Source: Bacteroidales bacterium (lineage in GTDB: Bacteria; Bacteroidota; Bacteroidia; Bacteroidales; UBA3663). From it: a DNA stretch of 64,000 nt. A program made the position numbers and the translations under genes. Numbering within the stretch: the first letter of the stretch is position 1; every line of letters begins with the position of its first letter. Positions 1 to 6,759 of this stretch are shown piece after piece. The stretch spans positions 35,247-99,246 of the forward strand of contig JAILKE010000060.1 of assembly GCA_024694125.1 (NCBI GenBank), read 5' to 3'. The notes beneath the pieces were generated by a model that saw nothing but the letters and a program-made list of their open reading frames with translations, was not told the DNA's origin and did not search any database.

Positions 1-67
1 CGAAGAAAAAAGGAAAAGGGAAGACCAAGATAGATATTAATATTAACCGTTAAATCCCTCCTACCCT

Positions 68-484
68 ATGGAAACAAGCACTCTGAATTTTGATTACAAT
101 GCGAAACTCGTTTATCTCGTGACGCGCAATCTATTCGAGAGGAAGAGGACGAGATTCTCGAGCGTGAAGTTCAACGATGAGCTGTACATCATCGAGGCTC
201 GGCGGGGCGCCTGGCTGACCCCATTCTCCGAACAGGTCAAGATCAAGGTGGTAGCAACCAGTACCGACACCAGCAAGGTGGTGCTCGAATCTTCGTCGCG
301 CTCATGGCTCAATCTGCTCAACTTCGGGGCGAACAGCACGAACATCAGCGACCTGAGCGACTACATCAACAACGAGGTCTTCAAGATGCACCGTGTGGTC
401 GAAGTATCGGACGACTCCATGGACGATGCAGAGCAGGATCACAGCGCCATCAGGATAGTCAAACCCCGCATCCGCTTCAAGTAA
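68..484 (+). CDS. hypothetical protein (138 aa)
   Basis: Intact ATG-TAA ORF with composition like the neighbouring core genes. I can assign no motif. A stem-loop (AATGCCCCA 549-557 / TGGGGCATT 580-588) lies downstream. Confidence 0.5.
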   Translation: METSTLNFDYNAKLVYLVTRNLFERKRTRFSSVKFNDELYIIEARRGAWLTPFSEQVKIKVVATSTDTSKVVLESSSRSWLNLLNFGANSTNISDLSDYINNEVFKMHRVVEVSDDSMDDAEQDHSAIRIVKPRIRFK

Positions 485-1046
485 CCCTTCATCCTGTCAT
501 TGCCCCGAACAATGACCACATCCCCGTTCCATAGGGAAAGTGACGATAAATGCCCCACCCTCAGCGCTAAGACTGGTGATGGGGCATTATATAGTTATAA
601 GGCTGAGAAGGCTGAATGCGGTGAGGCTGATTGTAGCAATAATCCAGCACGAAGGGAAACGACTTGAAATCCTTACTATTATGCCAACTTTTAAGTAGTC
701 ATTCAAAATTATTTTTACATATCAAGTAGTATTGTTCAAGAGACTATCTTTTCCATTCTTGGGCGCATCTTTCAGCTTTTCGCTCGGTCACAATGTAACA
801 GTTCGCAAGTCCCTTGCAGACATTTTCTCGATTCAGCATAAGAACAAGTTCTTCTGCATTCATCTTAACGAAAACGTTGCTCCCTCGCTCAAAACCAAAA
901 TCTGCATCCCAATCTCTGAAAAATATAGCTAAATAATTTTGAACAACTACTTACCATAATTCAAGTTCTTTTTCTCCAATAATATGCAGAAGAAATACTA
1001 AAGAGAGATTAAATTGAGGGAGAAAATGAATTTTATGGTCAATTTC

Positions 1047-1078
1047 TTTGTTTATTTTCAAAATGTTCAGTATTTTTG
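1047..1078 (+). promoter_or_regulatory. Bacteroidetes-type promoter (-33 TTTG at 1047-1050, -7 TATTTTTG at 1071-1078)
   Basis: Matches the TTTG / TAnnTTTG consensus with a 20-nt spacer, 45 nt upstream of the ATG at 1123. Confidence 0.55.
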
Positions 1079-1122
1079 CAGCGTTCAGCAATCAATGAAC
1101 AATAACACATAAATGAACAACC

Positions 1123-2106
1123 ATGATAGGAAGAGAACAAGAACTCATTGTTACAGCAAGTGCCAATCTGTCTAAGACCTTGGGATGCGACGACGTGACA
1201 ACAGAATCAGGAGCGAAAGACTGTGATTACATCCTATCTATCGCAGGAACATCGTTCTGCGTAATTACGAAAGGAGTATTGACCAATGCGAACCTCCCCT
1301 TTGCTCTGCAACAAGCCAGCAAGGTTCAAGCAGCTACCCGGAACCCAGTTCTTCTTGTGGTAGGATATGCTTCCCCTGCCATTATGCAAACATTGTACGA
1401 AAACGGCATAAGTGTCATTGACTATGTAGGGAACTGCATGATCAAACACGGACTGCTGCGCGTGAATGTATCTGGCCGCAAGAACACCTATAGAAACGAT
1501 ACGAAGAGCAATACTCTTTCTGAGTCTGCCATAAAACTGATTTACCTATTTATGGCAGACAAGGAATTGATAGGGAAATCCTATCGAGTTATTTCAAGTA
1601 TATCAGGTCAGTCTCTTGGCTCTATCAAGAATACCATTGAAGAACTAACCAACAGACAATACGTCTTGCATACAGACAAAGGGCGAAAACTGATAAACGA
1701 AGACAAACTTCTGGAAATGTGGACACAGGCATACAATCAAATCTTAAGGCCTAAGATTACGCTACGCAGGATGAGTTTCAGGTATGACGAAATGCGTAGT
1801 GAATGGCAGAAAATGCAACTCCCTGCAGGTATGTCTTGGGGTGGAGATTGTGGAGCCAATCTTACAGATGGCTATCTTATCCCTGGCTCTTTCGAGATAT
1901 ACACCTCCCAGCCGAGCGCATTACTCATGACTACTGGAATGGTTACACCTGATGACCATGGTGAAATCACACTCTATCAGAAGTTCTGGAATGATGCATC
2001 CGATGGAACTATTGCTCCAAAGCAAATCATATATGCAGACCTAATGAATAATGGAGATAGTCGTCAGATAGAAGCAGCACAAAAGTTAATCAAAGATGGA
2101 ATATAA
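1123..2106 (+). CDS. AbiEi-like (AbiEi_3-type) transcriptional regulator / putative antitoxin
   Basis: 327-aa ORF. It has a central winged-helix-like segment (SESAIKLIYLFMADKELIGKSYRVISSISGQSLGSIKNTIEELTNRQYV). The C-terminal tail IYADLMNNGDSRQIEAAQKLI resembles AbiEi_3 antitoxins (recognised from memory). It overlaps the next ORF by 11 nt. Confidence 0.5.
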   Translation: MIGREQELIVTASANLSKTLGCDDVTTESGAKDCDYILSIAGTSFCVITKGVLTNANLPFALQQASKVQAATRNPVLLVVGYASPAIMQTLYENGISVIDYVGNCMIKHGLLRVNVSGRKNTYRNDTKSNTLSESAIKLIYLFMADKELIGKSYRVISSISGQSLGSIKNTIEELTNRQYVLHTDKGRKLINEDKLLEMWTQAYNQILRPKITLRRMSFRYDEMRSEWQKMQLPAGMSWGGDCGANLTDGYLIPGSFEIYTSQPSALLMTTGMVTPDDHGEITLYQKFWNDASDGTIAPKQIIYADLMNNGDSRQIEAAQKLIKDGI

Positions 2107-2959
2107 ATTAGACAAAGCCACACTTGCCAACGCTCCTCTGTTCGATACGTTGTCTGCCCTGCATCAGTCTTTGGTCTCACTACACCTACGATTATATGTT
2201 GTTGGAGCATGCGCCAGAGATATTGCCATGAAAATACTTGGTGTCCCAGCTTCCACTCGACGCACTATTGATATAGACGTAGCAATAGCACTGGACAACT
2301 GGGAAATGTTTGGCATTGTATCACAACTCCTTCAGCAGAACTATTTTGAAAAAGATACAATAGCTAAGCAGAAGTTCTATTATAAAGGAGCCGACAACAA
2401 GAACGATTATGAGGTTGACATAGTACCTTTTGGACCCCTCGCCCACAATGAAGTGATTGGGTGGCCTCCGGAAGGGAATCCCGAAATGTCCGTAAGGTGC
2501 TTTGAGGATGTCATGAAAGATGCCGACATGATTATCATTGATGACCTTCAATTCCACATTGCATCCCTCAGCGGTCAATTCTTAATAAAACTCGATGCCT
2601 GGATAGACCGACATATGAAGACGGACAAAGATGCCAAAGACATGTTTTATATCATCGACAATTTCTATTGGACTACAATTGTCAACAAGTTTCCACCTCC
2701 CAAACAAGTGACTGATTCAGACGACATATCGTTCGATGCATTCATAGCTGGAGCACAATGGATAGCGACAGAACTCCATTCATTACTCACAGAAGGACAT
2801 CGTGCATACTATATAGACTTCATCAACAATGAACTATCGCTTGAAGAAGACAGCAAACTGGTTCAGCACCTTGTGTCGGCTTCCAACAATAGCCATGCTC
2901 AAAACTATTTGAAGATTAGAACAGCGTTGCAAAATATCAAAAACATCCTTTCTGAATGA
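2096..2959 (+). CDS. AbiEii/AbiGii (DUF1814)-type nucleotidyltransferase, putative toxin
   Basis: 287-aa ORF with pol-beta NTase motifs YVVGACARD (aa 34-42), TIDIDVAI (D59, D61) and YEVDIVPF (aa 105-112). It also has the AbiEii-like C-terminal motif LIKLDAWIDRHMKTDKDAKDMFYII. Its stop overlaps the next start (ATGA at 2956-2959). Confidence 0.6.
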   Translation: MEYKLDKATLANAPLFDTLSALHQSLVSLHLRLYVVGACARDIAMKILGVPASTRRTIDIDVAIALDNWEMFGIVSQLLQQNYFEKDTIAKQKFYYKGADNKNDYEVDIVPFGPLAHNEVIGWPPEGNPEMSVRCFEDVMKDADMIIIDDLQFHIASLSGQFLIKLDAWIDRHMKTDKDAKDMFYIIDNFYWTTIVNKFPPPKQVTDSDDISFDAFIAGAQWIATELHSLLTEGHRAYYIDFINNELSLEEDSKLVQHLVSASNNSHAQNYLKIRTALQNIKNILSE

Positions 2960-3570
2960 AAACTGAACTATTTACACATGGATACGACAACCAAAATGAG
3001 GATTATTGTATAGTCACAAAGCAAAATGGAGGCACCATTGTCGTAATGGCAGACGGCATGGGAGGATTATCACTTGGAAAAGAGGCAGCCCAATGCGTAT
3101 GCGATAGTATTCGAGATTATCTGGGGAAAAATATTGATGCTGAAGATATGTGGCAGAAGGCTTTTACCTATGCTGACAAAGAACTTCGCCAGCTCAGTCT
3201 TGCCTACCATAGCAATATGGGTGCAGCGGTCACAGCAATGATGCTATTCAACGACCATTTCGAAGTAGCATGGCAAGGAAATGTCCGACTATACATTAGT
3301 AGTAACAACGAATTGCTGCAGATAACGACTGACCATGTAATGAATGACGGATATGGACACAAACTGCTGACACGCTGTTTGAAAGGCTGTGGGTTGCGGG
3401 ACAATGTACCCCACATCATATCACCTCTCCAAGAAGGAGATACCCTTTATCTTTGTACGGATGGATTCTACGATGTTCTCGCGACAGAAACAGCATATGG
3501 AAAATTCCCATCCGTACCAGATGAAGGCAGATTCAATGATGATGCCACCTGTTTGACAATAAAATACTAA
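2956..3570 (+). CDS. PP2C-family serine/threonine protein phosphatase (compact, 204 aa)
   Basis: All PP2C metal-binding motifs are present: NEDY, VMADGMGG, LCTDGFYD and FNDDATCL. It is translationally coupled to the NTase gene. Confidence 0.8.
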   Translation: MKTELFTHGYDNQNEDYCIVTKQNGGTIVVMADGMGGLSLGKEAAQCVCDSIRDYLGKNIDAEDMWQKAFTYADKELRQLSLAYHSNMGAAVTAMMLFNDHFEVAWQGNVRLYISSNNELLQITTDHVMNDGYGHKLLTRCLKGCGLRDNVPHIISPLQEGDTLYLCTDGFYDVLATETAYGKFPSVPDEGRFNDDATCLTIKY

Positions 3571-3817
3571 ATGTCACAAATAATACGGCAACTCGACAAA
3601 TCCGAAACATCACACAACATCGTACAGGAATACATTTAGTTGACAATATTGAATTTTGAGATACAATAATTGACAATGAATAGGGACATAATATAGGAAA
3701 CTCCGCTATCTTTGCACCAGTATCAACCAACAAAAAAAAAACAACAATATGATGCAAAAATGTACCCCAAAATACTTATTTTGGCACGAAAGATGTACAA
3801 TGATAGATAAAAATATG

Positions 3818-3825
3818 TATCTTTG
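3818..3825 (+). promoter_or_regulatory. -7 box TATCTTTG
   Basis: Exact TAnnTTTG match about 210 nt upstream of the ATG at 4037. No well-spaced -33 TTTG was found. Confidence 0.4.
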
Positions 3826-3831
3826 CCAAGC

Positions 3832-3984
3832 CACTCGGTCACTGACAATGCGACCTGAGATGCAGCGCAGCGAGATGCATATTCAACAGGAGAAAAGGTG
3901 TCCCTCTGCGCTTCGTCCAAAGCGTGTTGGTACTTCGCATCTACTTATTGTTGGTTAGGGCGAAGCAATGAGGGCGCCATTTTT
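3832..3984 (+). ncRNA. candidate small RNA or structured 5' leader/attenuator of the DUF445 gene
   Basis: The segment lies downstream of the -7 box. A long imperfect hairpin pairs GGTGTCCCTCTGCGCTTCGTCC (3897-3918) with GGGCGAAGCAATGAGGGCGCC (3958-3978) and is followed by ATTTTTA. I recognised no known RNA family. Confidence 0.3.
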
Positions 3985-4036
3985 ACGGCTAACTCCCATG
4001 AACACATAGTGATCAACCTTATAACTGTACTATCTC

Positions 4037-4942
4037 ATGACTACATTTTTCGTTGCCCCTATCGTGGGCGGATTGATAGGATATCTCACCAATGACATAG
4101 CCATCAGAATGCTGTTCCGGCCCCACAAGCCGAGATACATCTTCGGATGGCACCTGCCGCTCACACCGGGTATCATCCCGCGGGAGAAAGGCCGTATCGC
4201 CAAGGCTATGGGCGATGCCATCAGCGGTAATCTGATGAACAAGGAGGTGCTGGAACGTACGCTTATGTCGGACGACATCATCAACAAGATCTATGACAGC
4301 ATCGACTCGTTCTGCGCCGAGCAGAGCCACAACCCCGAGTCGGTCCGCTCTTTCCTGTCGCACTATATGTCCGATGCCGAGGTGCAGTCTATCGTGGACA
4401 GCGCCACTGCTCAACTCGAGACTTTACTCTCGGACAAACTGTCTAACTCGAACTTCGGCGACGACATCGCTCACATGGCCATCGAACATGCCATGCAAAA
4501 GGTGGGCGTTGGACTGCTGGGTATGTTCGGCGCCGACAAGCTGCTTCGCCCCATCGCCGAGGCTGCCGAACCAATGCTGGCCCAAGAGGTCAACTCGATG
4601 ATTCGCTACAACTCGGGCACGGTCATCTCTCACCTGATAGACAACCAGACGAACGAGTTCCTCAATATGCCGATGCTACAACTCTTCGCTGACCGCGAAA
4701 AGGAGATTGAACAAGCCAAGAAAACTATCATATCGGTCTATCGCACCATCATCTCGGAGCACCTGCCCAAGATGCTGGCCTCTATCGACATCAGCCACAT
4801 GATCGAAGAACGGATCAACGAAATGGACATGGAGGAGATAGAACCTATCATACTGGAATTGATGGACAAGGAACTGAAGGCGATTATTTGGTTCGGAGCA
4901 GGACTAGGAGCCCTGATTGGATGCGGCAACTGGTTCATCTAA
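4037..4942 (+). CDS. DUF445 family membrane protein
   Basis: The N-terminus IVGGLIGYLTNDIAIRMLFRPHKP is the typical DUF445 signature, and there is a C-terminal TM segment. Confidence 0.75.
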   Translation: MTTFFVAPIVGGLIGYLTNDIAIRMLFRPHKPRYIFGWHLPLTPGIIPREKGRIAKAMGDAISGNLMNKEVLERTLMSDDIINKIYDSIDSFCAEQSHNPESVRSFLSHYMSDAEVQSIVDSATAQLETLLSDKLSNSNFGDDIAHMAIEHAMQKVGVGLLGMFGADKLLRPIAEAAEPMLAQEVNSMIRYNSGTVISHLIDNQTNEFLNMPMLQLFADREKEIEQAKKTIISVYRTIISEHLPKMLASIDISHMIEERINEMDMEEIEPIILELMDKELKAIIWFGAGLGALIGCGNWFI

Positions 4943-4974
4943 CGAACTAGAAACCGTGAATTTAATATATTTAA

Positions 4975-5230
4975 TTTACTAGAATTTGAGAATAAATATT
5001 TTTTACTAGAATTCGAGAATTATAAGAATTATTCTTATGGCCGACAAGAATTCGAGATTAACTGGAATTAATTGTTATAGTTCACTAGAATTTGAGAATT
5101 ATAAGAATTAGTTTATATGGTCAATAGAATTTGAGAATAAATATTTTTTACTAGAATTTGAGAATTATAAGAATTATTTTTTATGGTCAATAGAATTTGG
5201 GAATTATAGGAATTAGTTTCTTTAGTTCTA
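4975..5230. repeat. AT-rich complex tandem repeat (TAGAATTTGAGAAT[A/T]A... words)
   Basis: At least six copies of the ACTAGAATT[T/C]GAGAAT core are present. A ~70-bp higher-order unit (tagaatttgagaataaatattttttactagaatt.gagaattataagaattatt) occurs at ~4981-5040 and ~5115-5185. Confidence 0.85.
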
Positions 5231-5283
5231 CATTCAAAAATTAATAATGTTTGACACAATAACCAACTTAAATATATATAATT

Positions 5284-5679
5284 ATGGAGAACAAAGTACC
5301 TGATCAGCAAATGATCATCGCAAGCCAGAAGCACTACTCGGAAGAGGGACTCTGGGACAAAGTGAAGAGTGTGGCCAAGAAGGCCGGCATCAAGGTTATC
5401 TACCTCGCACTGCTGCTCTACTACACGGCAACTGCCGAATCAACCCCTACTGCCAAGAAGGGTATCATCTACGGTGCACTGGGATACTTCATCCTGCCCA
5501 TCGACCTGATTCCCGATGTCATTCCTGTGGCTGGTTTCAGTGACGACCTCGCTGCTCTGCTTGCCTGCGCTGCCGCTGTTGCTTCGTGCATCACACCCGA
5601 AATCAAACAACAGGCCAAGGATAAACTCACTGAATGGTTCGGCGAGTTCGACGAGAGCCAATTAGACAAACTGGCATAA
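5284..5679 (+). CDS. YkvA/DUF1232 family membrane protein
   Basis: YFILPIDLIPDVIPVAGFSDDLAAL is the DUF1232 hallmark. Confidence 0.8.
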   Translation: MENKVPDQQMIIASQKHYSEEGLWDKVKSVAKKAGIKVIYLALLLYYTATAESTPTAKKGIIYGALGYFILPIDLIPDVIPVAGFSDDLAALLACAAAVASCITPEIKQQAKDKLTEWFGEFDESQLDKLA

Positions 5680-5700
5680 CCATCATATCTAATATTACTT

Positions 5701-5747
5701 CATCCCGCCCGTACTTCAATCCGAAGTGCGGGCGGGATGTGTTTATT
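5701..5747 (+). terminator. Rho-independent terminator
   Basis: A 17-bp stem pairs CATCCCGCCCGTACTTC (5701-5717) with GAAGTGCGGGCGGGATG (5723-5739), with one G-U pair. It is followed by TGTTTATT. Confidence 0.8.
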
Positions 5748-5748
5748 A

Positions 5749-5845
5749 ACGAAAAAACTGCGTACGAAAACGAAAAAACTGCGTACGAAAACGAAAGAAC
5801 TTCGTACCAAAACGATAACGAAAACGAAAAAAGCAACGAGAAAAC
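5749..5845 (+). repeat. 21-bp tandem repeat (ACGAAAAAACTGCGTACGAAA)
   Basis: Two perfect units (5749-5769, 5770-5790), one degenerate unit (5791-5811) and an ACGA-rich tail. A reverse-complement relative lies at 27843-27912. Confidence 0.9.
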
Positions 5846-5950
5846 AATAATTATTGCGCGTTAATTGTATAGCAACACACTACTCATTCCATTTTATTCA
5901 CTTCAGCAGAAATACAGATATCCGATTTATATAGGTCTCATCATCTCTTT

Positions 5951-5958
5951 TTAACTTT
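5951..5958 (+). promoter_or_regulatory. -7 box TAACTTTG
   Basis: TAnnTTTG match about 80 nt upstream of the ATG at 6038. Confidence 0.45.
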
Positions 5959-6037
5959 GCATCGACAACAGGAATAGGCCTCTTGTACAACACGCTAAAG
6001 ACTCTCGATGTCACACAAGTGGGAATCGAACGATGCA

Positions 6038-6550
6038 ATGAAAAAGTATATTACTACATTAGTATGGGCAATGATGATGACGATACAGACGATGGCTGCG
6101 GACATGCAGTACTACCTTGCCCAAGACAACCAAGCCGATTGCGTGGTCACATCCATGGCCAACGCACACCTAATCTTCTACGGCGACACGCTCGAGGACG
6201 CTGCGCAGATGCGCGAACAGTACAAGTTCATGCACCAATACATCATCGAGGCTGTCGGTGCCAACTTCAGCGGCGTCAAGTACAGCAATATCCGCACGCT
6301 GCTCAAGCACGCGGGCTTCAGTCCCGTGTCGGTCGAATGTACTGACACCATGGGCATGACGACATTGCTCAATCAGGGACGTTTCCTGCTGGGTATGCTC
6401 TACGATGGTGCAGAGGGCCACGCAGTGCGCATTCTCTCGGTCGATGGGGACCTCATCCAATATATGGATTATCTCGCTATGGCCGAAGCCTCCGCCCCCT
6501 GCAAGAAGTTCATGCCTGTAGTGTATGGACTGAAGAAACCGGAATTTTAA
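6038..6550 (+). CDS. secreted papain-fold (C39-like) cysteine peptidase-like protein
   Basis: The signal peptide is MKKYITTLVWAMMMTIQTMAA. There is a Q...C motif (QDNQADCVVTSMANAHLIFYG) and a downstream GHAVRILSVDGDLIQYMD (His/Asp). An alternative upstream ATG is at 6008. Confidence 0.4.
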   Translation: MKKYITTLVWAMMMTIQTMAADMQYYLAQDNQADCVVTSMANAHLIFYGDTLEDAAQMREQYKFMHQYIIEAVGANFSGVKYSNIRTLLKHAGFSPVSVECTDTMGMTTLLNQGRFLLGMLYDGAEGHAVRILSVDGDLIQYMDYLAMAEASAPCKKFMPVVYGLKKPEF

Positions 6551-6745
6551 AGGAAGTGACAAAGAAGTGACAGGGAAGTGACAAAGTACAAAGTGACAAA
6601 GTACAAAGTACAAAGTGACAAAGTTCAAAGAGTGACAAGGACGATAGCATCGACTAATGGAATGCTATCGTCCTCTAATATTCCGATTGGAACTATACTA
6701 TTTCTATCCTCCTCTATGATTTCTATTGAAACTATATGACCGCGT
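6551..6745 (+). repeat. composite intergenic element: AAAGTGAC/AAAGTAC word array + GGACGATAGCAT hairpin + ~9-bp CTAT-periodic array
   Basis: The word array spans 6551-6638, the hairpin 6639-6673, and CTAT recurs at 6693-6735. The same module order recurs at 61441-61577. Confidence 0.85.
6639..6673. terminator. hairpin between convergent genes (likely bidirectional terminator)
   Basis: A 12-bp perfect stem pairs GGACGATAGCAT (6639-6650) with ATGCTATCGTCC (6662-6673), with an 11-nt loop. It lies between the 3' ends of 6038-6550 (+) and 6760-8172 (-). Confidence 0.6.
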
Positions 6746-6759
6746 TTATAGCTCCTCAC

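Noticed and set aside
732-932. 66-aa plus-strand ORF in the AT-rich islet
   Set aside because: It has no promoter context and an odd composition. The opposite strand holds a more protein-like but truncated frame (744-950), which I treat as a remnant and not as a feature.
5627-5864. Small ORFs spanning repeat arrays (5627-5836 minus, 5634-5864 plus; likewise 28746-28937, 6170-6628, 27770-28106 and 5113-5334)
   Set aside because: Their peptide repeats (for example FSYAVFSFSYAVFS and LCTLSLCTL) are simply translations of the DNA tandem repeats. There is no independent coding evidence.
6551-6640. Possibility that the short-word arrays (here and at 20599, 28868, 42760, 61459) are CRISPR arrays
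   Set aside because: The units are only 7-9 bp and directly abut each other with no unique spacers. No cas genes are present in the window. They are simple or complex tandem repeats, not CRISPR.
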